From contig OZ024743.1 in the NCBI GenBank assembly GCA_964016885.1, forward strand, positions 181,536,001 to 181,600,000: a stretch of 64,000 nucleotides of DNA, written 5' to 3'. A model generated the notes under the pieces. It had not been told where the DNA came from, searched no databases, and was given only the letters and a program-made list of their open reading frames with translations. Positions 41,441 through 55,723 of the stretch are shown in pieces. A program made the position numbers and the translations under genes. Source of the DNA: Eledone cirrhosa. Taxonomy: Eukaryota. Every line of letters begins with the position of its first letter. Position 1 is the first letter of the stretch.

Positions 41441-44400
41441 ATTGGTGGTGGTTTGGTAATTTTGTTGTTGTTGTTGGTGGTGGTGGTGGTGGTGGTGGTT
41501 TGGTGATTGTGTTGTTGTTGTTGTTATTGGTGGTGGTTTGGTAATCGTGTTCTTGTTGTTGTTGTTGTGTTTATTGGTGGTGGTTTGGTAATTGTGTTGT
41601 TGTTATTGTTGTTATTGGTGGTGGTTTGGTAATTGTGTTGTTGTTGTTGTTGTTATTGGTGGTGGTTTGGTAATTGTGTTGTTGTTGTTGTTGTTATTGG
41701 TGGTGGTTTGGTAAGTGTGTTGTTGTTGTTATTGGTGGTGGTTTGGTAATTTTGTTGTTGTTGTTGTTATTGGTGGTGGTTTGGTAATCGTGTTGTTATT
41801 GATGTTGTTATTGGTGGTGGTTTGGTAATTGTGTTGTTGTTGTTGTTGTTATTGGTGGTGGTTTGGTAATTGTGTTGTTGTTGTTGTTGTTATTGGTGGT
41901 TGTTTGCTAATTGTGTTTTTGTTGTTGTTGTTATTGGTGGTGGTTTTGTAATTGTGTTGTTGTTGTTGTTGTTATTGGTGGTGGTTTGGTAATTGTGTTG
42001 ATGTTGTTGTTATTGGTGGTGGTTTGGTAATTGTGTTGTTGTTATTGTTGTTATTGGTGGTGGTTTGGTAATTATGTTGATGTTGTTGTTATTGGTGGTG
42101 GTTTGGTAATTGTGTTGTTGTTATTGCTGTTATTGGTGGTGGTTCGTTAATTGTGTTGTTGTTGTTGTTATTGGTGGTGGTTTGGTAATTTTGTTGTTGT
42201 TGTTGTTATTGGTGGTGGTTTGGTAATCGTGTTGTTATTGATGTTGTTATTGGTGGTGGTTTGGTAATTGTGTTGTTGCTGTTGTTGTTGTTATTGCTGG
42301 TGGTTTCGTAATTGTGTTGTTGTTGTTGTTATTGTTGTTATTGGTGGTGGTTTGGTAATTGTGTTGTTGTTATTGTTGTTATTGGTGGTGGTTTGGTAAT
42401 TGTGTTGTTGTTGTTGTTGTTGTTATTGGTGGTGGTTTGTAATTGTGTTGTTGTTGTTGTTATTGGTGGTGGTTTGGTAATTGTGTTGTTGTTGTTGTTG
42501 TTATTGGTGGTGGTTTGGTAATTGTATTGTTGTTGTTATTATTGGTGGTGGTTTGGTAATTGTGTTGTTGTTGTTGTTATTGGTGGTGGTTTGCTAATTG
42601 TATTGTTGTTGTTGTTGTTATTGTTGGTGGTTCGATTATTGTGTTGTTGTTGTTATTGTTGTTATTGGTGGTGGTTTGGTTATTGTGTGGTTGTTGTTAT
42701 TGTAGGTTGTTCGTTTATTGTGTTGTTGCTGTTGTTGTTGTTATTCGTGGTGGTTTGGTAATTGTGTTGTTTTTGTTATTATTGTTGGTGGTTTGTAATT
42801 GTGTTGTTGTTGTTGTTGTTGTTGTTATTTGGTGGTTTGGTGATTGTGTTGTTGTTGTTGTTATTGGTGGTGGTTTGGTAATTGTGTTGTTGTTGTTGTT
42901 GTTATTGATGGTGGTTTGGTAATTGTGTTGTTGTTGTTGTTATTATTGGTGGTGGTTTGGTAATTATGTTGTTGTTGTTGTTGTTGTTGTTATTGGTGAT
43001 GGTTTGGTAATTGTGTTGTTGTTGTTGTTATTGGTGGTGGTTTGGTAATCGTGTTGTTATTGTTGTTGTTATTGGTGGTGGTTTGGTAATTGTGTTGTTG
43101 TTGTTGTTGTTATTGGTGGTGGTTTGGTAATTGTGTTGTTGTTGTTGTTGTTATTGATGGTGGTTTGGTAATTGTGTTGTTGTTGTTTTTATTATTGGTG
43201 GTGGTTTGCTAATTATGTTGTTGTTGTTGTTGTTGTTATTGGTGATGGTTTGGTAATTGTGTTGTTGTTGTTGTTATTGGTGGTGGTTTGGTAATCGTGT
43301 TGTTATTGTTGTTGTTATTGGTGGTGGTTTGGTAATTGTGTTGTTGTTGTTGTTGTTATTGGTGGTGATTTGGTAATTGTGTTGTTGTTGTTGTTATTGG
43401 TGGTGGTTTGGTAATTGTGTTGTTGTTGTTGTTGTTAATGGTGGTGGTTTGGTAATTGTGTTGTTGTTGTTGTTGTTATTGGTGGTTGTTTGGTAATTGT
43501 GTTGTTGTTGTTGTTATTGGTGGTGGTTTGGTAATTTTGTTGTTGTTGTTGTTGTTGTTATTGGTGGTGGTTTGGTAATCGTGTTGTATTGTTGTTGTTA
43601 TTGGTGGTGGTTTGGTAATTGTGTTATTGTTGTTGTTGTTATTGGTGATGGTTTGGTAATTGTGTTGTTGTTGTTGTTGTTATTGTTGGTGGTTTGGTAA
43701 TTATGTTGTTGTTGTTGTTGTTGTTATTGGTGGTGGTTTGGTAATTGTGTTGTTGTTGTTGTTGTTATTGGTGGTGGTTTGGTAATTGTGTTGTTGTTGT
43801 TGTTGTTGTTATTGGTGGTGGTTTGGTAATTGTGTTGATGTTGTTGTTATTGGTGGTGGTTTGGTAATTGTGTTGTTGTTATTGCTGTTATTGGTGGTGG
43901 TTTGTTAATTGTTTTGTTGTTGGTGTTGTTATTGGTGGTGGTTTGGTAATTGTGTTGTTGTTGTTGTTGTTGTCGTTATTGGTGGTGGTTTGGTAATTGT
44001 GTTGTTGCTGTTGTTGTTGTTATTGGTGGTTGTTTGGTAATTGTGTTTTTGCTGTTGTTGTTGTTATTGGTGGTGGTTTGTTAATTGTGTTGTTGTTGTT
44101 GTTATTGGTGGTGGTTTGGTAATTGTGTTGTTGTTGTTGTTGTTATTGGTGATGGTTTGGTAATTGTTTTGTTGTTGTTGTTGTTATTGGTGGTGGTTTG
44201 GTAATTGTGTTGTTGCTGTTGTTGTTATTGGTGGTGGTTTGGTAATTGTGTTGTTGTTGTTATTGGTGATGGTTTGGTAATTGTGTTGTTGTTGTTGTTA
44301 TTGGTGATGGTTTGGTAATTGTGTTCTTGTTATTGTTGTTATTGGTGGTGGTTTGGTAATTGTGTTGTTGTTGTTGTTATTGGTGATGGTTTGGTAATTG

Positions 44401-45100
44401 TGTTCTTGTTGTTGTTGTTATTGGTGGTGGTTTCGTAATTGTGTTGTTGTTGTTGTTATTGTTGTTATTGGTGGTGGTTTCGTAATTGTGTTGTTGCTGT
44501 TGTTGTTGTTATTGGTGGTGCTTTGGTAATTGTGTTGTTGTTGTTGTTGTTATTGGTGGTGGTTTGGTAATTGTGTTGTTGTTGTTGTTGTTATTGGTGG
44601 TGGTTTGGTAATTGTGTTGTTGTTGTTGTTATTGGTGATGGTTTGGTAATTGTGTTGTTGTTATTGTTGTTATTGGTGGTGGTTTGGTAATTGTGTTGTT
44701 GTTGTTGTTGTTGTTGTTGTTATTGGTGGTGGTTTGGTAATTGTGTTGTTGTTGTTGTAATGGTGGTGGTTTGGTAATTGTGTTGTTGTTGTTGTTGTAA
44801 TTGGTGGTGGTTTGGTAATTGTGTTGTTGTTGTTGTTGTTATTGGTGGTGGTTTGGTAATTTTGTTGTTGTTGTTGTTGATGTTGTTATTGGTGATGGTT
44901 TGGTAATCGTGTTGTTATTGTTGTTGTTATTGGTGGTGGTTTGGTAATTGTGTTGTTGTTGTTGTTGTTGTTATTGTTGTTATTGGTGGTGATTTGGTAA
45001 TTGTGTTGTTGTTGTTGTTATTGGTGGTGGATTGGTAATTGTGTTGTTGTTGTTGTTATTGGTGGTAGTTTGGTAATCGTGTTCTTGTTGTTGTTGTGTT
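35950..45100 (+). repeat. About 3.1-3.35-kb higher-order repeat, roughly three tandem copies
   Basis: ORF offsets: 36111/39465 (3354), 37137/40314 (3177), 39217/42312 and 39465/42560 (3095). The third copy becomes more rearranged after about 43.4 kb. Confidence 0.82.
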
Positions 45101-47756
45101 TATTGGTGGTGGTTTGGTAATTGTGTTGTTGTTATTGTTGTTATTGGTGGTGGTTTTGTAATTGTGTTGTTGTTGTTGTTATTGGTGGTAGTTTGGTAAT
45201 TGTGTTGTTGTTGTTGTTGTTGTTATTGGTGGTGGTTTGATTATTGTGTTGCTGTTGTTGTTGTTGTTGTTGTTATTGGTGGTGCTTTGGTAATTGTGTT
45301 GTTGCTGTTGTTGTTGTTATTGGTGGTGGTTTCGTAATTGTGTTGTTTTTGTTGGTATTGTTGTTATTGGTGGTGGTTTGGTAATTGTGTTGTTGCTGTT
45401 GTTGTTGTTATTGGTGGTGGTTTGGTAATTGTGTTATTGTTGTTGTTGTTATTGGTGGTGGTTTGGTAATTGTGTTGTTGTTATTGTTGTTATTGGTGGT
45501 GGTTTGGTAATTGTGTTGCTGTTGTTGTTGTTATTGGTGGTGATTTCGTAATTGTGTTGTTGTTGTTGTTGTTATTGGTGGTGGTTGGGCAATTGTGTTG
45601 TTGTTGTTGGTGGTGGTGGTGGTGGTGGTTTGGTGATTGTGTTGTTGTTGTTCTTGTTATTGGTGGTGGTTTGGTAATCATGTTGTTGTTGTTGTTGTTG
45701 TTATTGGTGGTGGTTTGGTAATTGTGTCGTTGTTATTGTTGTTATTGGTGGTGGTTTGGTAATTGTGTTGTTGTTGTTGTTATTCGTGGTGGTTTGGTAA
45801 TTGTGTTGCTGTTGTTGTTGTTATTGGTGGTGGTTTGGTAATTGTGTTGTTGTTGTTGTTGTTGTTATTGGTGGTGGTTTGGTAATTGTGTTGTTGTTGT
45901 TATTATTGGTGGTGGTTTGCTAATTGTATTGTTGATGTTGTTGTTATTGTTGGTGGTTCGATTATTGTGTTGTTGTTGTTGTTGTTGTTATTGGCGTTGG
46001 TTTGGTAATTGTGTTGTTTTTGTTATTATTGTTGGTGGATTGTAATTGTGTTGTTGTTGTTGTTATTATTGGTGGTGGTTTGGTAATTATGTTGTTGTTG
46101 TTGTTGTTGTTATTGGTGGTGGTTTGGTAATTGTGTTGTTGTTGTTGTTATTGGTGGTGGTTTGGTAATCGTGTTGTTATTGTTGTTGTTATTGGTGGTT
46201 GTTTGGTAATTGTGTTGTTGTTGTTGTTGTTATTGGTGGTGGTTTGGTAATTGTGTTGTTGTTGTTGTTGTTATTGGTGGTGGTTTGGTAATTGTGTTGT
46301 TGTTGTTGTTGTTATTGGTGGTGGTTTGGTAAGTGTGTTGTTGTTGTTGTTATTGGTGGTGGTTTGGTAATTTTGTTGTTGTTGTTATTATTGGTGGTGG
46401 TTTGGTAATTGTGTTGTTGTTGTTGTTATTGGTGGTGGTTTGCTAATTGTATTGTTGTTGTTGTTGTTATTGTTGGTGGTTCGATTATTGTGTTGTTGTT
46501 GTTATTGTTGTTATTGGTGGTGGTTTGGTAATTTTGTTGTTGTTGTTATTATTGGTGGTGGTTTGGTAATTGTGTTGTTGTTGTTGTTATTGGTGGTGGT
46601 TTGCTAATTGTATTGTTGTTGTTGTTGTTATTGATGGTGGTTTGGTAATTGTGTTGTTGTTGTTGTTGTTATTGATGGTGGTTTGGTAATTGTGTTGTTG
46701 TTGTTGTTAATGGTGGTGGTTTGGTAATTGTGTTGTTGTTGTTGTTGTTATTGGTGGTGGTTTGGTAATTGTGTTGTTGTTGTTGTTATTGGTGGTGGTT
46801 TGGTAATTTTGTTGTTGTTGTTGATGTTGTTATTGGTGATGGTTTGGTAATCGTGTTGTTATTGTTGTTGTTATTGGAGGTGGTTTGGTAATTGTGTTGT
46901 TGTTGTTGTTGTTGTTATTGTTGTTATTGGTGGTGATTTGGTAATTGTGTTGTTGTTGTTGTTATTGGTGGTGGATTGGTAATTGTGTTGTTGTTGTTGT
47001 TATTATTTGTGATGGTTTGGTAATTGTGTTGTTGCTGTTGTTGTTGTTATTGGTGGTGGTTTCGTGATTGTGTTGTTGTTGTTGTTATTGGTGGTGGATT
47101 GGTAATTGTGTTATTGTTGTTGTTGTTATTAGTGGTGGTTTGGTAATTGTGTTGTTGTTGTTGGTGGTGGTGGTGGTGGTGGTGGTGGTTTGGTGATTGT
47201 GTTGTTGTTGTTGTTATTGGTGGTGGTTTGGTAATCGTGTTCTTGTTGTTGTTGTTGTGTTTATTAGTGGTGGTTTGGTAATTGTGTTGTTGTTATGGTT
47301 GTTATTGGTGGTGGTTTGGTAATTGTGTTGTTGTTGTTGTTGTTATTGGTGGTAGTTTGGTAATTGTGTTGTTGTTGTTGTTGTTGTTGTTATTGGTGGT
47401 GGTTTGATTATTGTGTTGCTGTTGTTGTTGTTGTTGTTGTTGTTGGTGGTGCTTTGGTAATTGTGTTGTTGCTGTTGTTGTTGTTATTGGTGGTGGTTTC
47501 GTAATTGTGTTGTTTTTGTTGGTATTGTTGTTATTGGTGGTGGTTTGGTAATTGTGTTGTTGCTGTTGTTGTTGTTATTGGTGGTGGTTTGGTAATTGTG
47601 TTATTGTTGTTGTTGTTATTGGTGGTGGTTTGGTAATTGTGTTGTTGTTATTGTTGTTATTGGTGGTGGTTTGGTAATTGTGTTGCTGTTGTTGTTGTTA
47701 TTGGTGGTGATTTCGTAATTGTGTTGTTGTTGTTATTGGTGGTGGTTGGGCAATTG

Positions 47757-47787
<31 letters not shown>

Positions 47788-50700
47788 GGTTTGGTGATTG
47801 TGTTGTTGTTGTTGTTGTTATTGGTGGTGGTTTGGTAATCATGTTGTTGTTGTTGTTGTTGTTATTGATGGTGGTTTGGTAATTGTGTTGTTGTTATTGT
47901 TGTTATTGGTGGTGGTTTGGTAATTGTGTTGTTGTTGTTGTTATTCGTGGTGGTTTGGTAATTGTGTTGCTGTTGTTGTTGTTATTGGTGGTGGTTTGGT
48001 AATTGTGTTGTTGTTGTTGTTGTTGATATTGGTGGTGGTTTGGTCATTGTGTTGTTGTTGTTGTTATTATTGGTGGTGGTTTGCTAATTGTATTGTTGTT
48101 GTTGTTGTTATTGTTGGTGGTTCGATTATTGTGTTGTTGTTGTTGTTGTTGTTGTTATTGGCGTTGGTTTGGTAATTGTGTTGTTTTTGTTATTATTGTT
48201 GGTGGATTGTAATTGTGTTGTTGTTGTTGTTATTTTTGGTGGTGGTTTGGTAATTATGTTGTTGTTGTTGTTGTTGTTATTGGTGGTGGTTTGGTAATCG
48301 TGTTGTTATTGTTGTTGTTATTGGTGGTTGTTTGGTAATTGTGTTGTTGTTGTTGTTGTTATTGGTGGTGGTTTGGTAATTGTGTTGTTGTTGTTGTTGT
48401 TATTGGTGGTGGTTTGGTAATTGTGTTGTTGTTGTTGTTGTTGTTATTGGTGGTGGTTTGGTAAGTGTGTTGTTGTTGTTGTTATTGGTGGTGGTTTGGT
48501 AATTTTGTTGTTGTTGTTATTATTGGTGGTGGTTTGGTAATTGTGTTGTTGTTGTTGTTATTGGTGGTGGTTTGCTAATTGTATTGTTGTTGTTGTTGTT
48601 ATTGTTGGTGGTTCGATTATTGTGTTGTTGTTGTTATTGTTGTTATTGGTGGTGGTTTGGTAATTTTGTTGTTGTTATTATTGGTGGTGGTTTGGTAATT
48701 GTGTTGTTGTTGTTGTTATTGGTGGTGGTTTGCTAATTGTACTGTTGTTGTTGTTGTTATTGTTGGTGGTTCGATTATTGTGTTGTTGTTGTTCTTGTTG
48801 TTATTGGTGGTGGTTTGGTTATTGTGTGGTTGTTGTTATTGTTGGTTGTTCGTTTATTGTGTTGTTGCTGTTGTTGTTGTTATTCGTGGTGGTTTGGTAA
48901 TTGTGTTGTTTTTGTTATTATTGTTGGTGGTTTGTAATTGTGTTGTTGTTGTTGTTGTTGTTATTTGGTGGTTTGGTGATTGTGTTGTTGTTGTTGTTGT
49001 TATTGGTGGTGGTTTGCTAATTGTGTTGTTGTGGTTGTTGTTGTTATTGGTGGTGGTTTGGTAATTGTGTTGTTGTTGTTGTTGTTATTGGTGGTGATTT
49101 GCTAATTGTGTTGTTGTTGTTGTTGTTATTGGTGGTGGTTTGCTAATTGTGTTGTTGTTGTTGTTGTTATTGATGGTGGTTTGGTAATTGTGTTGTTGTT
49201 GTTGTTATTATTGGTGGTGGTTTGGTAATTATGTTGTTGTTGTTGTTGTTGTTATTGGTGATGGTTTGGTAATTGTGTTGTTGTTGTTGTTATTGTTGGT
49301 GGTTTGGTAATCGTGTTGTTATTGTTGTTGTTATTGGTGGTGGTTTGGTAATTGTGTTGTTGTTGTTGTTGTTATTGGTGGTGGTTTGGTAATTGTGTTG
49401 TTGTTGTTGTTGTTATTGATGGTGGTTTGGTAATTGTGTTGTTGTTGTTGTTAATGGTGGTGGTTTGGTAATTGTGTTGTTGTTGTTGTTGTTATTGGTG
49501 GTGGTTTGGTAATTGTGTTGTTGTTGTTGTTATTGGTGGTGGTTTGGTAATTTTGTTGTTGTTGTTGATGTTGTTATTGGTGATGGTTTGGTAATCGTGT
49601 TGTTATTGTTGTTGTTATTGGTGGTGGTTTGGTAATTGTGTTGTTGTTGTTGTTGTTGTTATTGTTGTTATTGGTGGTGATTTGGCAATTGTGTTGTTGT
49701 TGTTGTTATTGGTGGTGGATTGGTAATTGTGTTGTTGTTGTTGTTATTATTGGTGATGGTTTGTTAATTGTGTTGTTGCTATTGTTGTTGTTATTGGTGG
49801 TGGTTTCGTAATTGTGTTGTTGTTGTTGTTATTGGTGGTGGATTGGTAATTGTGTTGTTGTTGTTGTTGTTATTAGTGGTGGTTTGGTAATTGTGTTGTT
49901 GTTGTTGGTGGTGGTGGTGGTGGTGGTGGTTTGGTGATTGTGTTGTTGTTGTTGTTGTTATTGGTGGTGGTTTGGTAATCGTGTTCTTGTTGTTGTTGTT
50001 GTGTTTATTGGTGGTGGTTTGGTAATTGTGTTGTTGTTATGGTTGTTATTGGTGGTGGTTTGGTAATTGTGTTGTTGTTGTTGTTGTTATTGGTGGTAGT
50101 TTGGTAATTGTGTTGTTGTTGTTGTTGTTGTTATTGGTGGTGGTTTGATTAGTGTGTTGCTGTTGTTGTTGTTGTTGTTGTTATTGGTGGGGCTTTGGTA
50201 ATTGTGTTGTTGCTGTTGTTGTTGTTATTGGTGGTGGTTTCGTAATTGTGTTGTTTTTGTTGGTATTGTTGTTATTGGTGGTGGTTTGGTAATTGTGTTG
50301 TTGCTGTTGTTGTTGTTATTGGTGGTGGTTTGGTAATTGTGTTATTGTTGTTGTTGTTATTGGTGGTGGTTTGGTAATTGTGTTGTTGTTGTTGTTGTTA
50401 TTGGTGGTGGTTTGGTAATTGTGTTGCTGTTGTTGTTGTTATTGGTGGTGATTTCGTAATTGTGTTGTTGTTGTTGTTGTTATTGGTGGTGGTTGGGCAA
50501 TTGTGTTGTTGTTGTTGGTGGTGGTGGTGGTGGTGGTTTGGTGATTGTGTTGTTGTTGTTGTTATTGGTGGTGGTTTGGTAATCATGTTGTTGTTGTTGT
50601 TGTTATTGGTGGTGGTTTGGTAATTGTGTTGTTGTTATTGTTGTTATTGGTGGTGGTTTGTTAATTGTGTTGTTGTTGTTGTTATTCGTGGTGGTTTGGT

Positions 50701-52749
50701 AATTGTGTTGCTGTTGTTGTTGTTATTGGTGGTGGTTTGGTAATTGTGTTGTTGTTGTTGTTGTTGTTATTGGTGGTGGTTTGGTAATTGTGTTGTTGTT
50801 GTTATTATTGTTGGTGGATTGTAATTGTGTTGTTGTTGTTGTTATTATTGGTGGTGGTTTGGTAATTATGTTGTTGTTGTTGTTGTTGTTATTGGTGATG
50901 GTTTGGTAATTGTGTTGTTGTTGTTGTTATTGGTGGTGGTTTGGTAATCGTGTTGTTATTGTTGTTCTTATTGGTGGTTGTTTGGTAATTGTGTTGTTGT
51001 TGTTGTTGTTATTGGTTGTGGTTTGGTAAATGTGTTGTTGTTGTTGTTGTTATTGGTGGTGGTTTGGTAATTGTGTTGTTGTTGTTGTTGTTATTGGTGG
51101 TGGTTTGGTAAGTGTGTTGTTGTTGTTGTTATTGGTGGTGGTTTGGTAATTTTGTTGTTGTTGTTATTATTGGTGGTGGTTTGGTAATTGTGTTGTTGTT
51201 GTTGTTATTGGTGGTGGTTTGCTAATTGTATTGTTGTTGTTGTTGTTATTGGTGGTGGTTCGATTATTGTGTTGTTGTTGTTATTGTTGTTATTGGTAGT
51301 GGTTTGGTTATTGTGTGGTTGTTGTTATTGTTGGTTGTTCGTTTATTGTGTTGTTGCTGTTGTTGTTGTTATTCGTGGTGGTTTGGTAATTGTGTTGTTT
51401 TTGTTATTATTGTTGGTGGTTTGTAATTGTGTTGTTGTTGTTGTTGTTGTTATTTGGTGGTTTGGTGATTGTGTTGTTGTTGTTGTTGTTATTGGTGGTG
51501 GTTTGCTAATTGTGTTGTTGTGGTTGTTGTTGTTATTGGTGGTGGTTTGGTAATTGTGTTGTTGTTGTTGTTGTTATTGGTGGTGATTTGCTAATTGTGT
51601 TGTTGTTGTTGTTGTTATTGGTGGTGGTTTGATAATTGTGTTGTTGTTGTTGTTGTTGTTATTGATGGTGGTTTGGTAATTGTGTTGTTGTTGTTGTTAT
51701 TATTGGTGGTGATTTGGTAATTATGTTGTTGTTGTTGTTGTTGTTATTGGTGATGGTTTGGTAATTGTGTTGTTGTTGTTGTTATTGGTGGTGTTTGGTA
51801 ATCGTGTTGTTATTGTTGTTGTTATTGGTGGTGGTTTGGTAATTGTGTTGTTGTTGTTGTTGTTATTGGTGGTGGTTTGGTAATTGTGTTGTTGTTGTTG
51901 TTGTTATTGATGGTGGTTTGGTAATTGTGTTGTTGTTGTTGTTATTATTGGTGGTGGTTTGCTAATTATGTTGTTGTTGTTGTTGTTGTTGTTATTGGTG
52001 ATGGTTTGGTAATTGTGTTGTTGTTGTTGTTGTTGTTGTTATTGGTGGGTGTTTGGTAATTGTGTTGTTGCTGTTGTTGTTGTTATTGGTGGTGGTTTGT
52101 TAATTGTGTTGTTGTTGTTGTTATTGGTGGTGGTTTGGTAATTGGGTTGTTGTTGTTGTTGTTGTTATTGGTGATGGTTTGGTAATTGTTTTGTTGTTAT
52201 TGTTGTTATTGGTGGTGGTTTGGTAATTGTGTTGTTGCTGTTGTTGTTATTGGTGGTGGTTTGGTAATTGTGTTGTTGTTGTTGTTATTGGTGATGGTTT
52301 GGTAATTGTGTTGTTGTTGTTGTTATTGGTGATGGTTTGGTAATTGTGTTGTTGTTATTGTTGTTATTGGTGGTGGTTTGGTAATTGTGTTGTTGTTGTT
52401 GTTATTGGTGATGGTTTGGTAATTGTGTTCTTGTTGTTGTTGTTATTGGTGGTGGTTTCGTAATTATGTTGTTGTTGTTGTTATTGTTGTCATTGGTTGT
52501 GGTTTGGTAATTGTGTTGTTGCTGTTGTTGTTGTTATTGGTGGTGCTTTGGTAATTGTGTTGTTGTTGTTGTTGTTATTGGTGGTGGTTTGGTAATTGTG
52601 TTGTTGTTGTTGTTGTTATTGGTGGTGGTTTGGTAATTGTGTTGTTGTTGTTGTTATTGGTGATGGTTTGGTAATTGTCTTGTTGTTATTGTTGTTATTG
52701 GTGGTGGTTTGGTAATTGTGTTGTTGTTGTTGTTAATGGTGGTGGTTTG

Positions 52750-53490
52750 GTAATTTTGTTGTTGTTGTTGTTGATGTTGTTATTGGTGATGGTTTGGTAA
52801 TCGTGTTGTTATTGTTGTTGTTATTGGTGGTGGTTTGGTAATTGTGTTGTTGTTGTTGTTGTTGTTATTGTTGTTATTGGTGGTGATTTGGTAATTGTGT
52901 TGTTGTTGTTGTTATTGGTGGTGGATTGGTAATTGTGTTGTTGTTGTTGTTATTATTGCTGATGGTTTGGTAATTGTGTTGTTGCTGTTGTTGTTGTTAT
53001 TGGTGGTGGTTTCGTAATTGTGTTGTTGTTGTTGTTATTGGTGGTGGATTGGTAATTGTGTTGTTGTTGTTGTTGTTATTGGTGGTGGTTTGGTAATTGT
53101 GTTGTTGTTGTTGTTATTGGTGGTGGTTTGGTAATTTTGTTGTTGTTGTTGTTGATGTTGTTATTGGTGATGGTTTGGTAATCGTGTTGTTATTGTTGTT
53201 GTTATTGGTGGTGGTTTGGTAATTGTGTTGTTGTTGTTGTTGTTGTTATTGTTGTTATTGGTGGTGATTTGGTAATTGTGTTGTTGTTGTTGTTATTGGT
53301 GGTGGATTGGTAATTGTGTTGTTGTTGTTGTTATTATTGCTGATGGTTTGGTAATTGTGTTGTTGCTGTTGTTGTTGTTATTGGTGGTGGTTTCGTAATT
53401 GTGTTGTTGTTGTTGTTATTGGTGGTGGATTGGTAATTGTGTTGTTGTTGTTGTTGTTATTGGTGGTGGTTTGGTAATTGTGTTGTTGTT
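52750..53490 (+). repeat. 381-bp (9-monomer) local tandem duplication
   Basis: TAATTTTG at 52751/53132 and the private TATTATTGCTGATGG at 52951/53332, both at offset 381. Confidence 0.88.
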
Positions 53491-53589
53491 GTTGGTGGTG
53501 GTGGTGGTGGTGGTGGTTTGGTGATTGTGTTGTTGTTGTTGTTGTTATTGGTGGTGGTTTGGTAATCGTGTTCTTGTTGTTGTTGTTGT

Positions 53590-55524
53590 GTTTATTGGTG
53601 GTGGTTTGGTAATTGTGTTGTTGTTATTGTTGTTATTGGTGGTGGTTTGGTAATTGTGTTGTTGTTGTTGTTGTTATTGGTGGTAGTTTGGTAATTGTGT
53701 TGTTGTTGTTGTTGTTGTTATTGGTGGTGGTTTGATTATTGTGTTGCTGTTGTTGTTGTTGTTGTTGTTATTGGTGGTGCTTTGGTAATTGTGTTGTTGC
53801 TGTTGTTGTTGTTATTGGTGGTGGTTTCGTAATTGTGTTGTTTTTGTTGGTATTGTTGTTATTGGTGGTGGTTTGGTAATTGTGTTGTTGCTGTTGTTGT
53901 TGTTATTGGTGGTGGTTTGGTAATTGTGTTGTTGTTATTGTTGTTATTGGTGGTGGTTTGTTAATTGTGTTGCTGTTGTTGTTGTTATTGGTGGTGATTT
54001 CGTAATTGTGTTGTTGTTGTTGTTGTTATTGGTGGTGGTTGGGCAATTGTGTTGTTGTTGTTGGTGGTGGTGGTGGTGGTTTGGTGATTGTGTTGTTGTT
54101 GTTGTTATTGGTGGTGGTTTGGTAATCATGTTGTTGTTGTTGTTGTTGTTATTGGTGGTGGTTTGGTAATTGTGTTGTTGTTATTGTTGTTATTGGTGGT
54201 GGTTTGGTAATTGTGTTGTTGTTGTTGTTATTCGTGGTGGTTTGGTAATTGTGTTGCTGTTGTTGTTGTTATTGGTGGTGGTTTGGTAATTGTGTTGTTG
54301 TTGTTGTTGTTGTTATTGGTGGTGATTTGGTAATTGTGTTGTTGTTGTTATTATTGGTGGTGGTTTGCTAATTGTATTGTTGTTGTTGTTGTTATTGTTG
54401 GTGGTTCGATTATTGTGTTGTTGTTGTTGTTGTTGTTATTGGCGTTGGTTTGGTAATTGTGTTGTTTTTGTTATTATTGTTGGTGGATTGTAATTGTGTT
54501 GTTGTTGTTGTTATTATTGGTGGTGGTTTGGTAATTATGTTGATGTTGTTGTTGTTGTTATTGGTGATGGTTTGGTAATTGTGTTGTTGTTGTTGTTATT
54601 GGTGGTGGTTTGGTAATCGTGTTGTTATTGTTGTTGTTATTGGTGGTTGTTTGGTAATTGTGTTGTTGTTGTTGTTGTTATTGGTGGTGGTTTGGTAATT
54701 GTGTTGTTGTTGTTGTTGTTATTGGTGGTGGTTTGGTAATTGTGTTGTTGTTGTTGTTGTTATTGGTGGTGGTTTGGTAAGTGTGTTGTTGTTGTTGTTA
54801 TTCGTGGTGGTTTGGTAATTTTGTTGTTGTTGTTGTTATTGGTGGTGGTTTGGTAATCGTGTTGTTATTGATGTTGTTATTGGTGGTGGTTTGGTAATTG
54901 TGTTGTTGTTGTTGTTGTTATTGGTGGTGGTTTGGTAATTGTGTTGTTGTTGTTGTTATTGGTGGTTGTTTGATAATTGTGTTGTTGTTGTTGTTGTTAT
55001 TGGTGGTGGTTTTGTAATTGTGTTGTTGTTGTTGTTGTTATTGGTGGTGGTTTGGTAATTGTGTTGATGTTGTTGTTATTGGTGGTGGTTTGGTAATTGT
55101 GTTGTTGTTATTGTTGTTATTGGTGGTGGTTTGGTAATTGTGTTGATGTTGTTGTGATTGGTGGTGGTTTGGTAATTGTGTTGTTGTTATTGCTGTTATT
55201 GGTGGTGGTTCGTTAATTGTGTTGTTGTTGTTGTTATTGGTGGTGGTTTGTTAATTGTTTTGTTGTTGGTGTTGTTATTGGTGGTGGTTTGGTATTTGTG
55301 TTGTTGTTGTTGTTGTTGCTGTTATTGGTGGTGGTTTGGTAATTGTGTTGTTGTTGTTGTTGTTATTGTTGTTATTGGTGGTGGTTTGGTAATTGTGCTG
55401 TTGCTGTTGTTGTTGTTGTTGGTGGTGGTGGTTTCGTAATCGTGTTGTTGTTGTTGTTGTTATTGGTGGAGGATTTTTAATTGTGTTGTTGTTGTTGTTG
55501 TTATTGGTGGTGGTTTGGTAATTG

Positions 55525-55556
<32 letters not shown>

Positions 55557-55691
55557 TGGTGATTGTGTTGTTATTGTTGTTGTTATTGGTGGTGGTTTGG
55601 TAATCGTGTTGTTCTTATTGTTGTTGTTATTGGTGGTGGTTTGGTAATTGTGTTGTTGTTATTGTTGTTATTGGTTGTGGTTTGGTAATTG

Positions 55692-55723
<32 letters not shown>

